Assembly: GCA_000004985.1 (NCBI GenBank)
Contig: GG738919.1
DNA: 64,000 nucleotides
Strand: one strand, 5' to 3'
Source of the DNA: Naegleria gruberi
Taxonomy: Eukaryota
Shown here: piece after piece, positions 47,501-55,285 of the stretch
Numbering within the stretch: the stretch's first letter is position 1
Layout: each line of letters begins with the position of its first letter
The notes under the pieces: generated by a model
Database searches by the model: none
What the model was told of the DNA's origin: nothing
Seen by the model: the letters and a program-made list of their open reading frames with translations, nothing else
Program-made: the position numbers and the translations under genes

Positions 47501-47771
47501 AATAAATTTTAATATTCAATTCATCATCGGAAGAAGTTAAATTATTTGAAAGATAATTTCGAATTTGTTGTAATGAAGAACATGGACTGGAGGGAGATAG
47601 ACAAGGAAGATTCGACTCATTGTTATTTGTATTTTCATTATAGAAGAAGGTTAATTGGAGAGAAAGAGTGAAGGGAAGAATGGATAATAGAAAAAGAAAG
47701 GCAAGATTTGGATTCATTTTTTTAATATTGAAAAAGATGAAGATCCGATAACAATACAGCCCCATCGACAT
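44544..47771 (-). CDS. receptor protein kinase (TKL-type): signal peptide, large ectodomain with parallel beta-helix/PMP-like GGAIY repeats, one TM, cytoplasmic kinase domain
   Basis: 1075-aa single ORF with an ATG start. Ectodomain repeats NGGAIYSERSF, GNGGAIYSSNSF, KGGACYGE. TM helix IAVSTIFGVILLLILLGFGAFLTT. Kinase motifs GEGSHGSVYLAQW, VAVKSLK, HRDLKCGNVLLD, ICDFGLSKL, ILYMAPE. Confidence 0.8.
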   Translation of the reverse strand: MSMGLYCYRIFIFFNIKKMNPNLAFLFLLSILPFTLSLQLTFFYNENTNNNESNLPCLSPSSPCSSLQQIRNYLSNNLTSSDDELNIKIYLMSNLTKPTFINNNRKLINLTISSYLLEDIQNGTNSLIIGNRKDYYYITQSEWDVLESISYLSKQCDQFILSNVKLSNLKIDSASSSKIPLWMIDSCILENVELNYYADLLIIQKSTMYKCSLWSYLYPALIHNSTLLNCSLSTAKIRIENGLIVNSNIQGKSKVYNDNIIDFGMNDSIFKQSVIAITSSEQIIFTSNQFEGSTLFIMSVRAIIMKECKMEQTNNVWIGSESILVSAISLSNNSSIQVIGNIQAKFESMNFSDNVEPLSFQQVNDLSIESCIFERNRNALSINNNGKQKLDSERIRIIECTFRDNWSNQGGALYLNEAKLTTANCLFINNKASNGGAIYSERSFITDRFSKFISNQAIGNFEGCLSVKDCGNGGAIYSSNSFFYFSGSNFEYNLAVKGGACYGEVRVFQTSNIGNDATYSGNFIYFPQDNRFLKSCVVSSDGALSGQCGSSHIQQVLWKTSNSKSIYSSTSNTIPKLSLYPGQQITLEIIQIIDEFNNTLTSLQALPVVSSINSKSSIIIMHEKEANNTIMNLSFEWCEGESNFNIQVSLSEFLYNFEIGINVEKCPFDFGYEGLPTSRVCKFKNYSAIAVSTIFGVILLLILLGFGAFLTTQIGKRLFRLHKKDKRESQIAKKIIDKKFVFGEISTPLLTNIQTKSSNNLLIPIEDIEISKRIGEGSHGSVYLAQWNGINVAVKSLKTDDELLEDEFEHEASLLNSLRHPAIVRLFGISISSNTRYMVVEYLENGSLETAIANSKSGRKKLNLKEKIEILSGVSKGMDYLHSLKPLSLIHRDLKCGNVLLDANLKPKICDFGLSKLTSNSGSFSMTMNLGTILYMAPELIGSGQEIGNALDVYSYSIIMYELFFEEKPFFSNSPKIHKFSQSPHQDSLALSVPVMVVRGERPKIPWNNNEELEVWLREFIEPFEKKNSLDHETVCNVCSDYVELMKQCWNSIPSKRPSFREITQYLEKIYSKLK

Positions 47772-47863
47772 AAGGTAATCAATTTTCCTTGAATATGGTG
47801 AGTGAATTTAAATTCTAGGGTCAATATTCTTGGCTTTGTCATAATGTATGTTGATTCATGGAA

Positions 47864-47979
47864 GGAATATTTTCATAATGAACAAGATTCCCGTGTAGTC
47901 CAATGGCTAGGATACCTGGCTTTCACCCAGGAGGTCCGGGTTCAATTCCCGGCATGGGAGAATCATTTTTACCTTTTCC
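47864..47979. repeat. right arm of ~115-bp inverted repeat (tRNA-Glu plus flanks)
   Basis: See the left arm at 44308..44422. The two arms are in inverted orientation and bracket the receptor-kinase gene. Confidence 0.8.
47889..47960 (+). tRNA. tRNA-Glu (anticodon UUC), second copy
   Basis: Identical 72-nt sequence to the minus-strand copy. Followed by TTTTT at 47966-47970. Confidence 0.9.
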
Positions 47980-48157
47980 AACTAATAATTCTTTCTTTTC
48001 ATAAACTAACTTTAATTGTCCTTATAATATCATTATTGCTTTTTTGATTCAAAAAGATTTTAAAAATTAGTTCTAGGAGAGAACTCTTTGTTCCTGCATA
48101 CACTCGAACTCTAAAAATTACTACTTTTTCATTGCAATAATAAATTCAAAAAGAAAA

Positions 48158-49417
48158 ATGCTTCCAAAATCCAAGTACAGTCCCAACAATTTTCGAAAAT
48201 ATCAAACCACACCCAAGAAACGTAAAACTTCATCCGATTCCAATCTGGCAAATGAAATTGTCGATTTAACTCTCGATGAAAATCATATCATTTCCATTGA
48301 TGATGATGAGGAGGAGCAAATTCATCACTCCGAGAGAGTAAAATGTATTTTAATTGATCATCATCATAACGAGTTTAATGATGAAGAAGAATTTGAACTG
48401 ATGAGTTTATTGATTGGTAAATTGAGAGGAAAGTTTATTCGGTCAGTTTCTCTGGAATTTGATTCGTGCTATCAGTTGAGTGTTAAAGCAATGAAGAAAC
48501 CATTTGATGTAAAGATTTCGTATAATCACAAATTGGTTGTTGTCTCTGATTATAATGCAAATTCATTGTTTCTTTTTGATTTGATAACAAAGAGATATTT
48601 GACGAAACTATATATTAAGAATCCACATTATATTGCCATAGAATCAAATGTGGATTATCGTGAAGGAACTGAAAATGATGCAATTATTGTAACAAGTGCT
48701 AGTAACCATGTTTACAAAATTGACATTAAATTGAGTGTGAAAAATGGAAAGAGTTCAGAAATTTGGAAAGTTGGTGGAACGAAACATTTCAATTCCCCAT
48801 GTGGAGTAGTTGTCTATCATAACAAGGCAATGGATAGAAGAGAATCCCATGAAAATTCATATTTCAGATTAAATCAACAAGAAAGAGATGAAAATCTTGT
48901 AATGGTTTGTGATTTTAATAATAATAGAATTCAAGTGTTGGGTTCAAAGTATGGAAATTTGATTTCTTCAATTACATTGATTCCTGGAATTGGATTACAA
49001 ACTCCGTGGATGATTGATGTGAATTCGTATGGAGATTTGGTTCTTTCTGAATTTTCGAATAGAGTTCAATTGATTAGATATGTTTCGAATGTGTACGATT
49101 ATATGGATATTGCAGAAAGGGAAGAGATGGATTCAGACGGATGGGTTTCTCTTCATCAATTCTCATCTGAATCAAATTCAAGAAATGTCAAGACCAAATG
49201 TTGTGGAATTGTAGTTGACAAGACCACTCAGAATGTAATAATATGTGATAGAGATTCGAATATCATTAGAATATTCAATGTGAATGGAATATTTATCAAG
49301 GAAGTGAGAGGAGTCATTAATAATCCGAGAGGAATCTGCATTGATGAAAGAAGTGGAGAATTACTCATTGTGGATTCGGAAAGAAAATGTGTTAAGGTAT
49401 TTGGACATGTTAATTGA
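48158..49417 (+). CDS. NHL-repeat (six-bladed beta-propeller) protein with basic/acidic N-terminal region
   Basis: ATG start. N-terminus has KKRK and an acidic stretch. C-terminal repeats of NHL type (DFNNNRIQVLG, SEFSNRVQLIR, DRDSNIIRIFNVNG, VDSERKCVKVFG). Confidence 0.6.
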   Translation: MLPKSKYSPNNFRKYQTTPKKRKTSSDSNLANEIVDLTLDENHIISIDDDEEEQIHHSERVKCILIDHHHNEFNDEEEFELMSLLIGKLRGKFIRSVSLEFDSCYQLSVKAMKKPFDVKISYNHKLVVVSDYNANSLFLFDLITKRYLTKLYIKNPHYIAIESNVDYREGTENDAIIVTSASNHVYKIDIKLSVKNGKSSEIWKVGGTKHFNSPCGVVVYHNKAMDRRESHENSYFRLNQQERDENLVMVCDFNNNRIQVLGSKYGNLISSITLIPGIGLQTPWMIDVNSYGDLVLSEFSNRVQLIRYVSNVYDYMDIAEREEMDSDGWVSLHQFSSESNSRNVKTKCCGIVVDKTTQNVIICDRDSNIIRIFNVNGIFIKEVRGVINNPRGICIDERSGELLIVDSERKCVKVFGHVN

Positions 49418-49711
49418 TTAAATTTGTGTAATTTTAATTTCAAATATTAAACCATTCAAAATTAAAAACTATCGGAATCTAATTGCAAATAGTAAGGAAA
49501 GGAATTATCTTATCGGAATCTGAAGATTCAAATTCAAGTCAACCAAGGAAAGGAATTATCATTAAAGAAGGAAATGATCATAAAAGAAAAATAGACAATT
49601 CTCTCAACATTCCTTATGAGGAGATTGAAGTGATTGAGTATTAATTCCATCAAGGATTGACCTTATTATTCTCTAATATATTTTAGAAACAAAACACTCA
49701 ACAAGAACAAG

Positions 49712-50176
49712 ATGAAACGTTTGCTTACTAGCGTCTTAATAATTGCCTGCCTTTCGGTACTGATGATGGACATGACACTATGCTTCTTCCAACAACCATT
49801 CAATAACATGTTCAACAATAATTTCCAATTTCCTGGAGCTGCAACAACTGGTTTTCCAAATATGTGGATGAATAACAATTATGCATGGAACAATCCAGCG
49901 GCAACTTATGGAGCAGCAGGTTGGAACAATTACAATCCAGCAACAACCTACGGAACAGGTTTTGGCTACAATACTGGATTTAATGGTGCAGCAGCTTTCC
50001 CATACGGAAGCAATAACAACTTTATCAAGAGTGGAGCCATTCCATCGTCAGGTTATGGTGGTCATCAAGTCATCACAACACCAACAAGAGAAGGTTATGA
50101 TGTAGAGTATCAATTCCCAGGAGGAAGAGCTAAAAAGTACTATTCTTCTCAAAGCTTTGTGCAACAAGTACTTTAA
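49712..50176 (+). CDS. small secreted Asn/Gly/Tyr/Trp-rich low-complexity protein
   Basis: ATG start. Signal-peptide-like MKRLLTSVLIIACLSVLM. Body rich in N, G, Y, W, A, F (NNYAWNNPAATYGAAGWNNYNP...). Confidence 0.5.
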   Translation: MKRLLTSVLIIACLSVLMMDMTLCFFQQPFNNMFNNNFQFPGAATTGFPNMWMNNNYAWNNPAATYGAAGWNNYNPATTYGTGFGYNTGFNGAAAFPYGSNNNFIKSGAIPSSGYGGHQVITTPTREGYDVEYQFPGGRAKKYYSSQSFVQQVL

Positions 50177-50212
50177 TAAAAGTTTTTTATTTTAGTAAGA
50201 ACGAATATTGGC

Positions 50213-50485
50213 TTACTTAGTCTTGGTGAAACCAATGAGAGCAGCGTTTTCTCTGAAGCATTGTCTGCAAATGTTAAGACCGTACTTTCTGATCATACCC
50301 TTTCTGTTACCGCAAACCTTGCATCTTCTAGCACCCTTTGAGTTATTCTTTGGGTGAGTGAACCAGATATTTTCGTAGCCCACTAGATATTGATGGTAAA
50401 GAACAAGTTGTTATGTTGGTTGAATCATGATGGTGAATTGTTTTGTCAGAGGTAAATTACCAAGTTGTTTAAAATGATACGTACT
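50213..50485 (-). CDS. rps29: 40S ribosomal protein S29 (uS14); start codon split by a phase-1 intron
   Basis: Exon 2 (50213..50382) encodes [55 protein letters not shown]. The only way to obtain a start codon is A (50485, the last nt of exon 1) plus TG (50382-50381). This uses a GTACGT donor at 50484-50479 and a CTAG acceptor, giving a 102-nt intron at 50383..50484. Product is 56 aa, matching S29 length. Confidence 0.8.
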
Positions 50486-51090
50486 GTTTATGTGGAGTAG
50501 TTAAGAATTTTTTTTTCAACAAAATTTTAGAGAGTTAACCAAGATGCCAATATTTTACAACGAAAGTTTTAAGCAGAGAATCACCAGCTGATGAAAAAAA
50601 TTGTCTTATTGTTGTAGAGCAATCATGAGCCTTATCATCATCAAAAGGATCATTAACTTCTCTCCAATGATGAAGATATTCGTTGGGAGATTTATTATGA
50701 AAGCATATTATTAATAATTCTAATTTTCGGAGAATATCATCATTATTTTGAATGGTTATTCTCAAGAATTAGAAATATCTTCATAATGAAGAACGAACAA
50801 TAATTCCTACTAATTATTATTTAACCTAATTGTGTAGTTTTACATTGACTAAGAACCCTCTACTATTTTACTTCTCTTGTTGACGCGTTAATATAATTTT
50901 GTTGGAACAAAGGCTTTGAATATTATAAACTCATCAATTCTATATAGGAACCAACCTTCAGGAACCGTTATCTTATAGTAAAAACATCCAACTACGGATT
51001 AGAGCTAAACACTAATGTCCAATTGTCGAGATATAATGATAACCATTGATAGCACGTCGTCTCACTCAAATAAATTACGCAAATAACATC

Positions 51091-53295
51091 ATGAACCTAT
51101 TTGCCATTCAGCAAGCTATCATCATAACAAGCCTCATCCTATTATTTAATCATGCTTCAGGAAGTAATGTCTGGCATCATTTAGATGAACAATTTCCAAC
51201 CAATGAATTTCATTTAAGAAGAACAAGACAAAACAATGATAGGAGTATTAGCTCATCCGTTTATTTATCAACTATTAAAAACACGTATCAGAAACAAGAT
51301 GCTTCCTTCCTGTCCTCTATCAAATTACTGTATGGAACTGGCCATTTGCTATTCTTCACCCTAAAGGAGAAGAACATTACAAGAGCTATTGATCTGAATG
51401 ATAGGAAAATAGCTGTAATTTCTCATGAGAATTTTGAAATGTATGATGCTGCTCTACAGTATTACTCACAGAGGAATAATGTAACAATTAGTCCTCAATT
51501 GGTTCATCAATTGGATTATCTTTCTAATGATTGTGTATGGGGAGATCCCATGAATTATTATGATGTTCTAGTAACAGATTTAGAGAGGTTACAATTTATC
51601 ATCCTCTACACCTCAACAAGCTTTACAAAAAAAGAAATAGGTCGATGGAGTGATTACCAAATGATTAGAGAGCTAACTGTACCAACTCTAGTCAAATATA
51701 TTGATAGAGGCATTAGTGACTTTTCTATCACTCTAAAAATGGATTATTTCATTAACAACATGTTAACAAACACAAAGAAAAGTGATTATTTTGATAGTAA
51801 TGTCTATCAGCTACAGTACCTGTATGGAAATGGAGGATTTCTTTCTAAGAATGATCAAGATTTTTTAAATTTCTACTTTCAAACTGGTCCTTTAAGATAC
51901 TATCAAAAGAATGAAACTTTTCAATTCAGTGCGAAATTTAATGGAACTTTGATTCCCCTCAATAATGTTTTCTGTTTTCTTCCAGAAGCGTCTTTTCATT
52001 CTGTTTGTGGTGATATTTCCTATTATAATTACCTTTTAGGTACCGAGGCAATTAATTATGTTGTGATTGTTGTTGGAGCTTTATATTATTTGAGCTTACT
52101 TACAGTTTGTAAAACCAATACTATCAAGAGAAGATTATTGACGCCTTACTTGATTCCAGTTCTTGTCATGTTCAATGCAGGTTTCTACTCTAGATATACT
52201 GACCGTGTATGCCATTCAATGAGAATGGTATTCTTACTAGCAAGCATAGCATTGTTAGTGGGTGTGTATGGCGTTACACTAATGAGATTCTACTATTTAA
52301 GAAATTTGTATTGCATATTGAAAAACATTCCTGAGAGATTTATCAAGTTGAATCGATTTTTATCATCAACTGGATTTGGAATTGTATCTTCACTTGTTTG
52401 TGGATGTGTCTTTGCAACAATTTCTATTATTTATGTTACTACTTACCATTTTACAAGAGAACAACTATTTTCGTATGGATCAGAGGTTGTTTTTACAAGC
52501 ACATTTATGGTCTTGTCATGTGCTTCTTGCCTCTGTGGAATAATAGTTTTTGGTATAGATATTATTGTAAATTGGAGAAAGATCAAAGCAAAAGGCATAA
52601 TACACTTTCTAACATTCGAGGATCCTTATCATGTTCGATTGGATATATTGACTTATGTTTGTGTTATTTTATGCATTTTGGCAATACTCTTTTTTAATGC
52701 TTTCTATAGAACTACGGAGTCATACATGATTCAGACACTTTTTAGATCAATAACCTTTATGTCAGTTTATTTCCTGTGTGGCTGGACAGCAATTATTATG
52801 GAGTGGATTAATTTCTTTAGAAGAAGGAAGAGAGGCCGCTCAACCAATAATTCCAGTGTTTCTCCAGATAAGAGGAGTGAATCAGGCGATGAATCTATCG
52901 AAGAGCTTGTAAAGATTGATGCCTTCTTTGAAATGTTTAAATCATTTAGTGAAAAGGAGTTTTCACTCGAGAATTCCCTACTCTTTGAAAGATTTAAACA
53001 ATTGGAAAGCTCTTCTATTGGTGGAGAAGCCATCCCACCTAGAGAGATTGAAGATCTTTATGATTCATTCTTTAGGCCCTACGCTATTTATGAAGTTAAC
53101 TTTTCATATAAAACAAGGAGGGATATTGAAGCCATTTTTCAGTCCAAGAAGGGCATTTCAATCAATGATTTGAAAGCCATTATTGAATTTGATCTATTGA
53201 TGAATATGAAAGATACATTTGAAAGATTGAGAATGACTGGCGAGTTTAAAAGATGGCATATTTCCAAATCAATTCAATCCATGCAAAGCATTTAA
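51091..53295 (+). CDS. 7TM-RGS protein: signal peptide, ~300-aa extracellular domain, seven TM helices, C-terminal RGS domain
   Basis: The ORF-track start at 51046 is TTG; the first ATG is at 51091 (MNLFAIQQAIIITSLILLFNHASG signal peptide). Seven hydrophobic helices between about residues 330 and 600. C-terminal RGS motifs FSLENSLLFERFKQL, YEVNFSYKTRRDIEAIF and LLMNMKDTFERLRMTGEFKRW. Confidence 0.65.
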   Translation: MNLFAIQQAIIITSLILLFNHASGSNVWHHLDEQFPTNEFHLRRTRQNNDRSISSSVYLSTIKNTYQKQDASFLSSIKLLYGTGHLLFFTLKEKNITRAIDLNDRKIAVISHENFEMYDAALQYYSQRNNVTISPQLVHQLDYLSNDCVWGDPMNYYDVLVTDLERLQFIILYTSTSFTKKEIGRWSDYQMIRELTVPTLVKYIDRGISDFSITLKMDYFINNMLTNTKKSDYFDSNVYQLQYLYGNGGFLSKNDQDFLNFYFQTGPLRYYQKNETFQFSAKFNGTLIPLNNVFCFLPEASFHSVCGDISYYNYLLGTEAINYVVIVVGALYYLSLLTVCKTNTIKRRLLTPYLIPVLVMFNAGFYSRYTDRVCHSMRMVFLLASIALLVGVYGVTLMRFYYLRNLYCILKNIPERFIKLNRFLSSTGFGIVSSLVCGCVFATISIIYVTTYHFTREQLFSYGSEVVFTSTFMVLSCASCLCGIIVFGIDIIVNWRKIKAKGIIHFLTFEDPYHVRLDILTYVCVILCILAILFFNAFYRTTESYMIQTLFRSITFMSVYFLCGWTAIIMEWINFFRRRKRGRSTNNSSVSPDKRSESGDESIEELVKIDAFFEMFKSFSEKEFSLENSLLFERFKQLESSSIGGEAIPPREIEDLYDSFFRPYAIYEVNFSYKTRRDIEAIFQSKKGISINDLKAIIEFDLLMNMKDTFERLRMTGEFKRWHISKSIQSMQSI

Positions 53296-53327
53296 TAATT
53301 TAACATTTCTTTGTAATTTACACTATT

Positions 53328-54218
53328 TTACAATTTCTTTTTTCTGAAAATTGAAATAAATATGATAATGACACACTTGAACAAACCAATCAACATGAAA
53401 CCATGTGAAATTGCAAAGTACAACATTCTAATCATTTTCATTGACATGTCACCAGTTCCATCATTCTTTCCTCCATAACTTGAAGTGCCTCCCCAAGTAT
53501 ACAGCTCAAATTCATGAATATTAGCTTTTGGATTTCTCTTAATAAAAGACAAGAATGATCCTGCCTTATAACAAAAAGCAGCCAATGCAAGAACAGCTCC
53601 AATTTCATAAATAATAAATCCAACATGAAACATTCCACTGCTCACCTTCTCACCAGTCATGACATAACTCAAAAAGAGCAAGACAACAAGTGTGAGAGGA
53701 ACAAAAACACCCAATGAGAAGAAATGGCCATGAATTAATGATCCCTGTTGATAGGCATAATCTCCAACCTTACTAAATGGAACACTATTCTTTGTCAATT
53801 CTCTAAAAACAAATCCCGATGAAATGGCACACAAAATCATGATACCAATAAACACAATCATATGTTTTCCAATCCTTAAATAATAAGCAGGTATTTGAGT
53901 GTGTAATTGTACCATATCCTTCTTATTGGAATCCGAACAAGATTGATTCTTAAAAGAAGAACAAGAACGTTGATTACTACTAGTAGTTGCTCCTTCCTTT
54001 AACAGCGAATTTTCTTCATCAGATTCCTCATCCAACAATATACTACTACTCTGCTCTGTTGCAGAAGTGTTATTAATACGATTATTCTTTTCTTCTCTTA
54101 TCATCATTAATTCTTCTCCTTCATCATGATCATCTTCAATAGGATTATTATTTGGGAAGGATTTCAAATTTTTAGAGAGTGGATCATCGAGAGTAACGGG
54201 AGAACATTGTTTCGACAT
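53328..54218 (-). CDS. four-TM membrane protein with acidic N-terminal region
   Basis: 296-aa ORF with an ATG start. Four hydrophobic helices in the C-terminal half. Family not recognised. Confidence 0.45.
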   Translation of the reverse strand: MSKQCSPVTLDDPLSKNLKSFPNNNPIEDDHDEGEELMMIREEKNNRINNTSATEQSSSILLDEESDEENSLLKEGATTSSNQRSCSSFKNQSCSDSNKKDMVQLHTQIPAYYLRIGKHMIVFIGIMILCAISSGFVFRELTKNSVPFSKVGDYAYQQGSLIHGHFFSLGVFVPLTLVVLLFLSYVMTGEKVSSGMFHVGFIIYEIGAVLALAAFCYKAGSFLSFIKRNPKANIHEFELYTWGGTSSYGGKNDGTGDMSMKMIRMLYFAISHGFMLIGLFKCVIIIFISIFRKKKL

Positions 54219-54484
54219 TTTTTTTTGTGGATCTTCTACTGAAAACGGAGTTTTTTTTATGGATTTCGCAGACTATTGTACAAATAAGGTAAAATTTAAA
54301 GTCAATATCATTTTGTTGTGAACAGTTGAGGGTTTACAAAAAACTAAAAAGTTGTAAACTTTTCAGTTGAAGGTAATGAGGTGGATTACGGTTCTTGACT
54401 TTTGTGCTACATGACTGTTTAAGAACCTGAAAGTGCCTTTAAAACCTGTCATTAATCCATTTACAAACAAAATGTCAGTTTTTG

Positions 54485-54874
54485 ATGGCACTGACATTTA
54501 TTATTATATGTCTGTTACTGTTCAATTATAATCCAACCGCTGCCCAGTCAAATGCCAACTTTACTGGAACATCACAGTTTATTCAAACCATTGATTCTGC
54601 CATGAACGAGTTAGCTCAAGACACAAGCTTCTCTTCCTATGTCAGTAACAATCATCCATTCAGTGTTCCAACATGTTTAGGTAAAGTCAACTATCCATCT
54701 AATCCATTCCCATCCACAATGACAGAAATTATCTATTGTACTCATATTCTTCCAGTAGATGAGGATATTTGGTCTCGTCTCTATAAGAAAGTAGGCGATG
54801 GATTGACAGCAAAGATCAATGCAAAGTATAAATTGAATTTAAAGGCTAAATACATTGGAATTTATACTTCCTAA
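54485..54874 (+). CDS. small secreted protein
   Basis: The ORF-track start at 54482 is TTG; the ATG is at 54485. Signal-peptide-like MALTFIIICLLLFNYNPTAAQ. 129 aa. Confidence 0.4.
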   Translation: MALTFIIICLLLFNYNPTAAQSNANFTGTSQFIQTIDSAMNELAQDTSFSSYVSNNHPFSVPTCLGKVNYPSNPFPSTMTEIIYCTHILPVDEDIWSRLYKKVGDGLTAKINAKYKLNLKAKYIGIYTS

Positions 54875-55285
54875 CAATCTTATCTTTCAATTTTGGATCA
54901 AAATAAATGGTTTTAACCAACTCCTCAATGAAATTATTTGAAATATTCACATCAACAAACGAACACTGTTGGATCATTTGAATACACTCCACAGAATGGA
55001 GATTAATGGTAAATGTTTTCAATTTTGGATACAAGTCGTGTATGGAATAAAGTATTTTCAACGAGTTCCTTAATAAATCTTCTGAAATCGAGAAATCTTT
55101 AACTTCTTGTAACGACACAACTAACCCACGTAATCAAGGTAGGAGAAAATTTCATGAAGAATTTCTTCAAGGTAGATTTGCAAGCATTTAATATGGCATA
55201 TTAATTTTGGCGGTAAAGTTTTTCATTGATTAAGGGAGACAAATTTGTGGAAATTAAAGAAGAATTTATTGAATAGAATGCATAT

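Noticed and set aside
44308-47979. Possibility that the inverted repeats mark a DNA transposon or other mobile element
   Set aside because: The enclosed gene is an ordinary receptor kinase. There is no transposase, integrase or RT anywhere in the window. The arms are tRNA genes rather than TIRs with target-site duplications. I kept it as a repeat/inversion finding instead.
49470-49570. Short direct repeats (AAGGAAAGGAATTATC x2, ATCGGAATCT x2) in the 3' region of the NHL gene
   Set aside because: They are only 10-16 nt, in AT/purine-rich UTR sequence. They are probably chance or low-complexity matches, with no evidence of function.
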